Shown here: in pieces, positions 1 through 10,196 of the stretch
How positions within the stretch are numbered: position 1 is the stretch's first letter
Layout: each line of letters starts with the position of its first letter
Source: Thraustochytrium aureum
Taxonomy: Eukaryota
Assembly (NCBI GenBank): GCA_012862495.1
Contig: BLSG01000419.1
Coordinates: 220,552-269,993, forward strand
Length of the DNA stretch: 49,442 nucleotides
Direction of reading: 5' to 3'
Translations under genes and position numbers: made by a program
The notes under the pieces: generated by a model
Seen by the model: the letters and a program-made list of their open reading frames with translations, nothing else
What the model was told of the DNA's origin: nothing
Database searches by the model: none

Positions 1-2
1 AG

Positions 3-1328
3 GACGCCAACCTCGGCTCGCTGCGCCGCGTGTTCAAGTGCCTTGCGTTCAGCGAGGACGACAAGTCGGTGTACGCCGGCACCACGACGGGCGACGTGCT
101 GCAGATCGCGCTCGACTCGCGCACGCCGTGCTTCAAGCAGGCCGGCAACGAGCTGTTCCGCAAGGGCATCCGCTCGATCGCGTACTGCAACACGGCCAAG
201 CGGCCGATCCTCGTGCTCGGTACTGGCAGCGGCGAGGTGATCACGCTCGACGCGCAGGCGATGAAGAAGGTCGGCTCGGCGCTAGCCATGGGCGAGGTCA
301 GTTCGGTGGCCCCCGTGCGCTCGCGCTTTAGCGACACGGTCGAAAAGCTCTACCTGGGCACGAACGAGTCCAACGTTTACGTTGTCGGCGACGTCCTGCG
401 CATCTCTGACACGCTGCAGCTGCGCGCCTCGTGCCACCACAACGGGATCAACGGTGTTTCGTTCCTTGACGGGTGCGAGTCGATCTTCGTCACGTGCTCG
501 AGCAACGACATCCGCGTCTGGAACGCGAAGAAGCAGCAGGAGCTGCTGCGGATCCAGGTCCCCAACACTGTCTGCAATGCGGTGGCGCTGCCGCGCACAG
601 GCGACCTGATCATCAGCGCGTGGAGCGACGGCAAGATCCGCGCCTTCAAGCCTGTGAGCGGCTCGTTGCAGTTTGTCATCAACGACGCCCACCCGGAGGG
701 CGTGACCGCGGTGGCGGTCACCAACGACTGCTCGCGCATCATCAGCGGGGGTCAGGCCGGCGCGGTGCGGTTCTGGTCGATGCGGAGCCGCAAGATGGAG
801 GCCTCGCTGAAGGAGCACAAGTCGGCGGTGACGTCGCTGGTGGTCCGGTCCGACGACCGCGAGTGCGTCAGCTCGTCCGACGACGGGTCGTGCATCACCT
901 GGGACTTGGACAACTACAGGCGCTCGCAGGCCATGTTTGCGTCGACCATGTTCAAGGCCTGCATCTACCACCCCGACGAGTCGCAGATCCTCACTTGCGG
1001 CAGCGACCACAAGCTGACGTACTGGTGCGCCTACGAGGGCAACGCGATCCGCATCCTTGAGGGCTCGCAGAACCAGATCAACGCCCTCGCCGTCGACAAG
1101 CAGGGCGAGTATTTTGCCTGCGGCGGCAACGCCTGCCAGCTCAAGGTGTTCTCCTATGACGACGGCGAGCTCATGGCCGTCGGTGAAGGCCACTCGGGCG
1201 CCATCAGCGGCATCGCCATCAGCCCTGACCAGCGCCAGATCGTTTCCGTTGGCGCGGAGGGCGCGGTCTTCGTGTGGCACGCACCGCTCGTCGGAGACGC
1301 CCGCGACGAGTCCAAGTCCTACAACTAG
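3..1328 (+). CDS. CFAP52: Cilia- and flagella-associated protein 52 (WDR16), WD40 repeats; 5' end lies outside the window
   Basis: The frame is open from base 3 (DANLGSLRRVFKC...). Recognisable CFAP52 motifs: YAGTTTGD, FVTCSSNDIRVWN...ELLRIQVPN..CNAV, IISAWSDGKIRAF.P.SG, YHPDESQILTCGSDHK..YW, GHSG.I....ISPDQ..IVSVGAEGAVFVW. Ends at TAG 1326-1328. Confidence 0.9.
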   Translation, partial: DANLGSLRRVFKCLAFSEDDKSVYAGTTTGDVLQIALDSRTPCFKQAGNELFRKGIRSIAYCNTAKRPILVLGTGSGEVITLDAQAMKKVGSALAMGEVSSVAPVRSRFSDTVEKLYLGTNESNVYVVGDVLRISDTLQLRASCHHNGINGVSFLDGCESIFVTCSSNDIRVWNAKKQQELLRIQVPNTVCNAVALPRTGDLIISAWSDGKIRAFKPVSGSLQFVINDAHPEGVTAVAVTNDCSRIISGGQAGAVRFWSMRSRKMEASLKEHKSAVTSLVVRSDDRECVSSSDDGSCITWDLDNYRRSQAMFASTMFKACIYHPDESQILTCGSDHKLTYWCAYEGNAIRILEGSQNQINALAVDKQGEYFACGGNACQLKVFSYDDGELMAVGEGHSGAISGIAISPDQRQIVSVGAEGAVFVWHAPLVGDARDESKSYN

Positions 1329-3030
1329 CTGATGCAGCAGCGCCGTGACAGAACTCAATCAACACAATAGGCTACATTGCACCTTGCCGAACTCGATTTC
1401 TGTGGCTATTGCTCCTTCAAGCCTCCGACGCCCGGGCTCCAGGCGCGGCCACGCGCCACCGACCTTGTTCACGCTGCCTCCACAAGTGATGGATGGTTCG
1501 CAGACCAGTCAATCAACGGGCAGCCGCGTTGGGTNNNNNNNNNNNNNNNNNNNNNNNNNNNNNNNNNNNNNNNNNNNNNNNNNNNNNNNNNNNNNNNNNN
1601 NNNNNNNNNNNNNNNNNNNNNNNNNNNNNNNNNNNNNNNNNNNNNNNNNNNNNNNNNNNNNNNNNNNNNNNNNNNNNNNNNNNNNNNNNNNNNNNNNNNN
1701 NNNNNNNNNNNNNNNNNNNNNNNNNNNNNNNNNNNNNNNNNNNNNNNNNNNNNNNNNNNNNNNNNNNNNNNNNNNNNNNNNNNNNNNNNNNNNNNNNNNN
1801 NNNNNNNNNNNNNNNNNNNNNNNNNNNNNNNNNNNNNNNNNNNNNNNNNNNNNNNNNNNNNNNNNNNNNNNNNNNNNNNNNNNNNNNNNNNNNNNNNNNN
1901 NNNNNNNNNNNNNNNNNNNNNNNNNNNNNNNNNNNNNNNNNNNNNNNNNNNNNNNNNNNNNNNNNNNNNNNNNNNNNNNNNNNNNNNNNNNNNNNNNNNN
2001 NNNNNNNNNNNNNNNNNNACGTCTGCCTGGCTGCCTCGTGTTTATCGGCGACACACGACAGAGCAGACCTCGGCGCGACAGCCTCGGCGAGGGACGCCGG
2101 GCTTGCTGATCACAGGCAGCCCACGTGGTTTGCGTTTCCCAAGATGAGCCCCCGGAGAGGTTGGGTCAACTTGGGTGGGTCTCGGCGAGCGCCCGGGCTC
2201 GAGGAAGGGTTGAGGTCAAGCCATGGCGAATCACCCGACAGCGAGCATGGCGAATGGCAACGGCCTGCGAGTGCTCGCGGCTAGGACGCCGTTTCTGGCC
2301 TAGCGAGCAATGGCAAGCGCTGGCGAGGCGAGGCGAGGGGCCTGTAACTGCCAGCTGGCTCTGTCCTCGAGAAGGTAGGTGGCCCTGATGAGGCTGACGG
2401 AGTCGCGCGCTCCTCGCCCCTCGAGTTTCGCGTGCAGCGATGCGCGGCGTGAGCGGGTGCGAAGGGATGCGTCGCGTGGAGAGTAAGAAGTGAAGCCAAC
2501 TCCGACCACCGCCGCGCAGGTGCCCCAGAGCTCCACCGTTCTGCAGTGACAACGCAAAGCAGTCCATCGTGAGGGCGATGCGCCTTCTGGCCTGATGGGT
2601 TTTTCCAGTTTCGCGACCTGAACTGCAATTGCGCGACATTTCTTCCGCCGCGACGCCCCGCTCCGCCTCCACGCCTGCACCTGCGAGAAAGCTGAAATCT
2701 GATCCAACCAGGGCGTTTCCCGAGCAGATGCAGCAGCAGCCGCACCGTTTCTCCTTGGCGACTCCCCCGGCAGCCGCCGGCGCCGGTGTCCGTTGCCATT
2801 CAACTCGCTCGCCCTCCCCCGCTGGTAGAAGGAAAAGTCTCTATTGCAGCATTTGTATGGCGTGGGCGACGGCGAGCACGTAGGAAGCCTGCGTGTGGAG
2901 GCTTGAGGATGTTCGCCGTGTGAGGAGCGTGGTGTCCGTGCCAAGCTAGATTGCATTTGCTTTCCCTCGGTGCTGCCGTCTCCAACCGAGTTCCAACCCT
3001 CGACTCACTCGGCAGCGCTTGCGGTGTGCT

Positions 3031-3120
3031 GACAATTCGCAGCCGCCGACAATTCGCAGCCGCCGACAGCTTGCAGCCGGTGCCGACAACTTGCAGCCGG
3101 TGCCGACGACTTGCAGCCGA
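3031..3120. repeat. Imperfect minisatellite, 17-20 bp units
   Basis: GACAATTCGCAGCCGCC x2 followed by about three copies of GAC(A/G)(G/A)CTTGCAGCCGGTGCC (last one partial). Confidence 0.85.
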
Positions 3121-3259
3121 GACCGGCCAACCGGCCACCTCCAGAAACCTGGATTCGACCCGTCTCAGATCGACGAGCCACGCAAGACTTCCTTCCCCCC
3201 TCATGAAGCGCGGATCAGCAAATGGAGCGGCTCATTGCCGTGCTGTGTTCCTGATCTTT

Positions 3260-3860
3260 CGAAAGTGGGCAATTCGCGATGGCTTTCTTTATCGGGAAGA
3301 GGAAGGAAGACCCCACCTCAGAAGAGTCACACCCCGTGGTTCACAGTGGGGTTAGAGGCAAAACAATGAACAACAGCAAATTTGTGACAGGTATGGTTTC
3401 CTCAACCGAATCGACACCTTCTGAATGGAGCCTAGGCCTGAAATGCAAAGAGGGGAGGCACTCAAGAGTGCTGAGAAATAGGCCGAACACTGCAAAGTGT
3501 GCTTGTGGGAGTGAGGACTGGCGATGAGTTGGCAGGACGCGTTTGTGAGCTTCAACAAAACAGCCGAGGCTGTGAGGCCCGGCCAGCGGGCTACTCAACC
3601 ACGCGACAAGAAAGAACTTGTGCGATACAAGTTCGAGTTGACGATGAAACGGCAAGTCTGCAACACTTGCTCATCCGCTGCAGGCCGGAGGACCTCGAGT
3701 CCAGCCGGGTTTCTGCTCTGCCATTGGAAGCGTTTGCCGCGGCTCCCGTCTCCAGCACCGCCGAAACTGCCAAAGCGCTCCACGGAGACACAAATAGGCC
3801 TAGTTATGCTGTTCTCGGACTCTGTCTAACGCGGCGAACCTTGTGGGACTTGAAGTAGTA
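3260..3860 (+). pseudogene. Probable decayed retroviral-type integrase (H2C2 zinc-binding domain plus start of rve core)
   Basis: Collinear fragments across shifting frames with stops: IRDGFLYR, SHPVVHSGVRGKT, QQICDRYGF, HCKVC, QHLLI..EDLESSRVSALPL, TAETAKAL, QIGLVMLFSD. The region is less GC-rich than the flanking genes. Confidence 0.3.
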
Positions 3861-4223
3861 GTTGTTTGCATGCCCAAAGCAAATGAAAGCTGTTATTTCG
3901 GCGGTTGAGGCTGTCAGCTTCGCAAGCCACCCGTGCGCGGTCTGGCTCGATGGCCAGCGCGGTTGTCCAACTAACAAACTAGCCGAGCCCTAGCCGGTTG
4001 CTAAATGAGGGTTGCGCAGGGCTGTCGCAAAAAAAAAGCAGTCCTACGCAGTCCTACTTCCGTTTCTGATGTGTTGCCAAATGTGCCGACTCGCCCTGTC
4101 CCACCAGTGGCGGCTCGGACCCGCCCGTGTCCAGGAGCGTATTGCTCGGGTAGCGCAGCTGGTTCTTGGGGTTGTACCCGTGATTTTTCTGGTGCTGCAT
4201 GAGCGAAAGCGCTCGTTCAACGA

Positions 4224-4280
4224 CTGCAGGTCAGCTGCACAGAGACCGCATCTGCAGGTCAGCTGCACAGAGACCGCATC
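4224..4280. repeat. Exact 28-bp tandem duplication
   Basis: CTGCAGGTCAGCTGCACAGAGACCGCAT x2. Confidence 0.9.
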
Positions 4281-5843
4281 CATAGCTCGGCATAGCCTGC
4301 ACTGTGAAAATGGTCTTGGTTTTTTCAATGGAAGCGTCGTTGGCTCGTCTCCAGCTCCCAGATTCGACACCAACATTGAGTGGGTGTGCATCAGGAGCCT
4401 CGAATGGTTTCGACCGTTTCGTTCCAAGAGAGCATCGGCCACCATCGTGAGTGAGTCGCTCGAAAACACAGCTCAGGGGTAGACAGACAGCCAAAGTTTC
4501 TGTCGAAGGGCGTGTGAACTTTGAAGTTGACTCGAAACCGTCGGCAATGATGGAAGTCTGTTTCCGGGTGGGTGAGACACAATTGTACTTTGTAAAGAAT
4601 ATATTTGATTGAACGGCCGACTCGCCGATTCTCCAGTTTCCCGTCCAAAGAGAAACTTTCGAAAGACTGACGCAGAGGTCGAGAGTAGTTAGACTTTTTC
4701 GCCTTGTGAATTTGTGATGACATCAATTCAAGCATGTCAACGGTTCAGCTAAAAGCCCATTCAACCATTCCCTTCATGCAAGGCCACCCCTTCCTCTTTG
4801 CACTAGCAGTTGGTATCGCGTTTCCGTTTTTCCTCCCCACCTCAGGAGACAGACAGACAGGCAGACAGAAGGACGGACAGAGCGCTCACTCCTCTCAAAC
4901 TCCGCCGTGCCTCTTGACACTTTGATACGCCAAATTAACCCGACTCACTCCACTCCTCACAAGCGCGTCCGTTCGAAGGCTTCCCGTCGGAGGAACGGAT
5001 AGGCCCTGAGGGGCCAGAGGCCATGAGGAGGGCCTTGAGAGGAAAACGGTTTCGCTGAGCGTCAGCCGGTCTGACTACCAAGTGACAAGCACAGGACCGT
5101 GGTATACGCAGAGTGATCCACTGAGCTGAGCAGACCAGGTCACTCCGTAGTGCCGCCCGGCGGCCGCAGACCAGCAGGAGGAAGAACGGCGGCCAGGAGC
5201 GCTGGTGAAGGGAGACCCGTCTCCTGGCGCTCGCGTCTGTGCAGCGCCTGCTGAGTGGCTCACTGCTTGGCGCACAGGCCGGCAGTCTCGCAAAGGCCCC
5301 GCAGCAAGGCCGCTGCTCGAGTCGCTCAGGCGGCCGAGTCCAGCAACGGACGGAAGGCTGCCGCGCTGGCGTGACTGGTTGGGCGCGCTCGCGTGAACGC
5401 GGTCGAGGCACGGCCCGCTGTTGAGGTGGGTGAGCTGCTACGAGCTAGAGAGCGACTGCTCCTGGAGTGTGAGTGCCGGTGCCCGAGAGCAGAGCGGCAG
5501 CTCTCTTGTCAGGAATAAGACGCGCCAGCGGGCGCGCCACAGGGTCGCCGTTGGTGTCCATCGCGCCTCGGCAGCGCAACGAACGTGTGGACGCTCTCAA
5601 GTGCGGGGTCCGCTTGGTCGCTGCGCCGTTCCTCCGCGCATACGGAGCGCAGCTAGAGCGCGCGCCTGCGGTGCCGTCGCGTGCTGTGCGCCGCGTGCGC
5701 CGTGCTTTGCTGTGCCGCCCTGCACCGTGCCGGGCAGCCTTTAAAGAAGAAAGAGCACAGGAGGACCGACTTCTCCTATCGCGCCTGCCAAGGCAAAGCG
5801 ACACGGCGTTTTTGCAACTGTGTCGCCACGGGAGGAGGAGCGC

Positions 5844-7592
5844 ATGTCTGGCCAGATAAACAAGGCATTCCTCGTCCCAAGCTCCGCCTCACTCACTGGC
5901 ACAGGGGGCCGCGAAAGCCAAACTCACGCGCTCGAGCACTTTGGCGCAGGCACGTCGAGCATGGCCGGGCCAACAGCGCAAGAACAACGAGCTGGCACCA
6001 ACATGTTCCAGCACGTCGGCAATCAGGGGTCGCCTGCGAAACCAGCGCTCTTCAACTCTCCAATCCCATCGCATGGCGCAATGGTCGCATCTGGGGTCGG
6101 CACACCACTTTTGCCTGCACAAACACTTGAGCAACAACGGGGCCAGCTCTTCACCCAACCGCAACAGGTATTGCCTCAGCAACACCAGCTGGCAGCAAGC
6201 ACTGGTTTCCCGAGCGGCATGCCAACCTCGCTGTCCACCTCGCTGTCCTCCTCGCAGGCGGCTTCCTACCCGTTTTTGTTTTCTCAAAACGCAGGGTCGT
6301 CTCAGCCCCAGCAGTTTCAGACACAGAACGTGAGCGACGAAGCCGACCGCCAAGCCTTTGCAGCGCAAAGCAACAGGCCAATCGTGTACACAAGCTACGT
6401 CCAAGCCGGCCAAAGCCCACCCACGTGGACGCCTCAAACGAGCCTGCCAAACGCCACGCTCTTCGCTCAACAACAACAGGCCAGCCTACCCTTAGCGCAC
6501 AAGCAGCTCGCAGGGGGCTCGTACTCGTTCGGCGCAGGACTGACCCAGCAGCCAGGCAGCCTCCTCACAAACATGAGCACCCGCCGGCCGTCGTTCGTGG
6601 CGCAGCCACTCCAGTTCTCGACACAGCAAGCGACCATCCCCGCGAACAACAGCGGGGGCGAATCTCGCGGAATCACGACGCCAGCCTCGGGACAACTCCA
6701 ACAACCATTCGGCAACGCGCTCACAGGATTTTCACAACAACTGCAGGGTGGGTTTTCCGTGCAGCCTCTGTACCAGCAGCCCCAGCGCCAACTTTGGGTC
6801 GCACCGGGGCAGGCCAACCAGCACCAAACACAGGTTAGCGGATCTGGTTTGTTTTTCCACGAGGCTGGGCAGCTCCAGCAGCAGATGCAACAGCAGTACT
6901 TTGCTCAGCAAGGCCAGCAGCAGCAGCAGCAGCAGCAACCGCGCTTCTTGCAGCCGGTTACTCTCGCTTACCAGTTCCCAGTCCAAGCAGGTGTGCCCGT
7001 GGGCGCCAATTCCGGCATCATGGTTCCAAGAAAAGGCTCCGGCGTGCGCGCTGGCAGCGAGGACAGCGACCTCCTTCAGCAGAACGGCTCCACGTCGTAC
7101 GAAATTTTTGAAAAGTACATTTCGGTCACCAAGAGCAACGACGGTAAGGAGGAGATCAACTGTGACGGCGTCGTCTCGCGCGAGTGCTTTGAGGAGTGGC
7201 TCTCGTCGCGGAGGCGCTCGCTTGCCACACCGGAAGAGAGTTTCCGCAAGGCTCTTGTGAGCCACATCACCCGGTCCGACGGCGGATCTCGGGCGTTCTC
7301 CCCTGCGGTCGAGTCTGCCCTCTTGGAGCGCCTCCGCCGCCGAGAGGTCTGGCCCTGCTTCGTCAACAGGTACTATGCCGACGGGCGCCCGATCAGCATT
7401 GGGAACAAGGGCCTTCGAACGCGCGGGTATCACGAAACGCACGAGGGCGACGATAAAGACGGCAGAAGTGGCGTGGATGACGACGAGGAGGACAGGGCAG
7501 AGCGTTCGCGCGACAAGCGAGGAGGCGCCGAAGATCCTGTCGAGTGCCGGGCGCAGTCGAAGCGCATCAAGGCTGATCCGGCACAAGACTAG
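5844..7592 (+). CDS. Gln/Ser/Pro-rich protein with an unclassified ~115-aa C-terminal globular domain; candidate transcription factor
   Basis: 582-codon ORF from ATG 5844. About 400 aa of Q/S/P/G-rich low complexity including a polyQ (CAG run 6915-6938), an ordered domain at 7092-7436, then an acidic patch and a terminal basic SKRIK motif. Confidence 0.75.
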   Translation: MSGQINKAFLVPSSASLTGTGGRESQTHALEHFGAGTSSMAGPTAQEQRAGTNMFQHVGNQGSPAKPALFNSPIPSHGAMVASGVGTPLLPAQTLEQQRGQLFTQPQQVLPQQHQLAASTGFPSGMPTSLSTSLSSSQAASYPFLFSQNAGSSQPQQFQTQNVSDEADRQAFAAQSNRPIVYTSYVQAGQSPPTWTPQTSLPNATLFAQQQQASLPLAHKQLAGGSYSFGAGLTQQPGSLLTNMSTRRPSFVAQPLQFSTQQATIPANNSGGESRGITTPASGQLQQPFGNALTGFSQQLQGGFSVQPLYQQPQRQLWVAPGQANQHQTQVSGSGLFFHEAGQLQQQMQQQYFAQQGQQQQQQQQPRFLQPVTLAYQFPVQAGVPVGANSGIMVPRKGSGVRAGSEDSDLLQQNGSTSYEIFEKYISVTKSNDGKEEINCDGVVSRECFEEWLSSRRRSLATPEESFRKALVSHITRSDGGSRAFSPAVESALLERLRRREVWPCFVNRYYADGRPISIGNKGLRTRGYHETHEGDDKDGRSGVDDDEEDRAERSRDKRGGAEDPVECRAQSKRIKADPAQD

Positions 7593-8032
7593 CTGCGGGG
7601 TCGCAACCGGCCCCTTGAGGCGCGCTAGTGCGCGCTTGAACGGCTTTGCATGTGCTCGCGCCGCGGCTCGCGGGCACTTTGGAAACAATCTGGCCTTTAC
7701 AGGGCCCACTCCTGGTCTGCTTCCTCGAGCAAGGAAGCAGACGCACAACCAAGTACGCACAAGTACCTCGGCGCGCTTGCAACTCTCGCGCGCCTTGCTC
7801 TGCCGCAGAGCCTCTCTGCAGTTTTGGGGATGCTAGTCCGCGTCCAGACCGCCGAGCAGGGCCTTCCTGCCCGATGGCAGTCAGAATGAGCAAGTCGGTT
7901 GCATCAGGCTGAAAGTGGAATTGCACATGAACTCTGGTTTTTTTTCTTCACTTCTCCTTCACACTTGCGGTTGCTGCAGACTGGCGTGCCTTTGCCTCTC
8001 TTCTTTCACAATCAGTCCAGAAAACGGCCTGG

Positions 8033-8959
8033 CTACGAGTCGTCCGGGAGCTCGCGAATAGGGGGCTTCCCTGCGCCTCTCTTCATCGCCTGCGCCTTGG
8101 GCGGCCGGCCGAGGTTTGCTGCGTCTGCCTGCAGCAGCGCGTCGCGCACTTGCTGCTGCATGTCTTCGACCGAACCTGGCGAGTGTGGCACGAACACGAC
8201 GGTCGCCCCAGCAGACGACCCCACGTCCTTCATCATGTCAAAGTACTGCGTCATGAGCATGAGACCCAGCACGTCCTTGGGCGACACATCCCCGACGTTG
8301 TCTGTGAAGGAGACGTCGGACTCTTGCAGGCCGGCAACAATGGCCTGGCGCTGGCGCGAGATACCCACACCCTGGAGGTACTTTGACTCGGCGTCAGCCT
8401 CAGCGGCCTTCACGACGAGGATCTTCTCGGCTTCGGCCTTCTCAGAGGCGGCATGGCGCATCCTGCTCGCGGCGTTGATCTCGTTCATCGCGGCCTTGAC
8501 CTTGGCGTTGGGCTCAATGTCGGTCACGAGCGTTTGGAGGATGTTGTAGCCGAATTCGGGCATGACCTGGCCGAGCTCGGCCTTGACGGCGCGCGCGATT
8601 TCGTCCTTGGAGTCAAACACGTCGTCCAGGTCGATCTTGGGCAGGGAGCTGCGAACCACGTCATACACGTAGGCGGTGATCTGCGACTGCGGGTCGGTCA
8701 GCTTGTAGAAGGCCTCGTACAGCTTTTCCATGCGCACCTCGTACTGGACCGAGATTGTGCAGTGCACGAACACGTTGTCCTTGGTCTTGGTCTCGCAGAT
8801 CACGTCCAGCTGCTGTACACGCATCGACACTGACCCGGCGACGCACTCGCCGATGCAGCAGATGACCATGTTGAGCCCCGGCTTGGCAAACCTGGAAAAC
8901 TGGCCGAAGCGCTCGATCACAACAATCCTGTCATTTGACACCGTCGTGCAGCACACCAT
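8033..8959 (-). CDS. SPFH/Band-7 protein of the hypersensitive-induced response (HIR) type
   Basis: ATG at 8959 (MVCCTTV..). Motifs typical of plant HIR proteins: ERFG.F...PGL, RVQQLDV.CETKTKDNVFV, AFYKLT.P..QI.AYV.DVVR, TLVTDIEP..KVK.AMNEINAA.R, EKAEAEKIL.VK.AEADAESKYLQG.GI.RQRQAIV.GL. Confidence 0.92.
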   Translation of the reverse strand: MVCCTTVSNDRIVVIERFGQFSRFAKPGLNMVICCIGECVAGSVSMRVQQLDVICETKTKDNVFVHCTISVQYEVRMEKLYEAFYKLTDPQSQITAYVYDVVRSSLPKIDLDDVFDSKDEIARAVKAELGQVMPEFGYNILQTLVTDIEPNAKVKAAMNEINAASRMRHAASEKAEAEKILVVKAAEADAESKYLQGVGISRQRQAIVAGLQESDVSFTDNVGDVSPKDVLGLMLMTQYFDMMKDVGSSAGATVVFVPHSPGSVEDMQQQVRDALLQADAANLGRPPKAQAMKRGAGKPPIRELPDDS

Positions 8960-10196
8960 TTTCGCGTGTCTTTGTCTCGCTGGGACGGGTAGAGTAAGCC
9001 TGCCTGCCCTCCGCTTTGGCCGCTTGCTGCGCGCTTCCCGGCTGCTGCTTGTCGTCAGCACTTCGCTCTGTCCTTCTCGGCAGCAGGTTCGGGATCTGCA
9101 GCAAGCGAGCGCTCTGGCAGCCAGCCTGAGGCTCGGACAGGTCGGGAGAGGAGGTTGCAACTTGCGACTCAACTTGCCGAGTTGCGAGGCGTCAACTGCC
9201 ACCGCCTCCGTCCGCAGAGGTGCTAGCTCGAGAGGTATTCCTTCCAAACAGGCATCTCGCACTNNNNNNNNNNNNNNNNNNNNNNNNNNNNNNNNNNNNN
9301 NNNNNNNNNNNNNNNNNNNNNNNNNNNNNNNNNNNNNNNNNNNNNNNNNNNNNNNNNNNNNNNNNNNNNNNNNNNNNNNNNNNNNNNNNNNNNNNNNNNN
9401 NNNNNNNNNNNNNNNNNNNNNNNNNNNNNNNNNNNNNNNNNNNNNNNNNNNNNNNNNNNNNNNNNNNNNNNNNNNNNNNNNNNNNNNNNNNNNNNNNNNN
9501 NNNNNNNNNNNNNNNNNNNNNNNNNNNNNNNNNNNNNNNNNNNNNNNNNNNNNNNNNNNNNNNNNNNNNNNNNNNNNNNNNNNNNNNNNNNNNNNNNNNN
9601 NNNNNNNNNNNNNNNNNNNNNNNNNNNNNNNNNNNNNNNNNNNNNNNNNNNNNNNNNNNNNNNNNNNNNNNNNNNNNNNNNNNNNNNNNNNNNNNNNNNN
9701 NNNNNNNNNNNNNNNNNNNNNNNNNNNNNNNNNNNNNNNNNNNNNNNNNNNNNNNNNNNNNNNNNNNNNNNNNNNNNNNNNNNNNNNNNNNNNNNNNNNN
9801 NNNNNNNNNNNNNNNNNNNNNNNNNNNNNNNNNNNNNNNNNNNNNNNNNNNNNNNNNNNNNNNNNNNNNNNNNNNNNNNNNNNNNNNNNNNNNNNNNNNN
9901 NNNNNNNNNNNNNNNNNNNNNNNNNNNNNNNNNNNNNNNNNNNNNNNNNNNNNNNNNNNNNNNNNNNNNNNNNNNNNNNNNNNNNNNNNNNNNNNNNNNN
10001 NNNNNNNNNNNNNNNNNNNNNNCGTTTCGGACATGTTTCCCTGCTCCTGCGCATCTTACGAAACGGTGAGCCCGGGCCAGGAGGGCGACGCCCGTCGGAA
10101 CGAATCCAGTATTGGCCCCTACTCCAGCCTGCCAGCCAAGCAAACCGCCACGCGCTCGGCGCGCCTGCAAGCGCGACGAACAGATAGCCCGGCAGG

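Noticed and set aside
282..1358. Long antisense or alternative-frame ORFs over real genes (e.g. 282-1358, 6732-7760, 28074-29351, 33160-34362)
   Set aside because: These are shadow ORFs caused by high GC3 codon usage, with no recognisable motifs.
1345..2284. Long ORFs spanning N gaps (also at 8730-10344, 13386-15185, 18283-19543, 41521-43050, 44412-45005)
   Set aside because: Their length is an artefact of N runs lacking stop codons.
2019..2960. GC-rich minus-strand ORF fragments after the first gap
   Set aside because: No frame gives a recognisable protein, so I cannot support a gene call.
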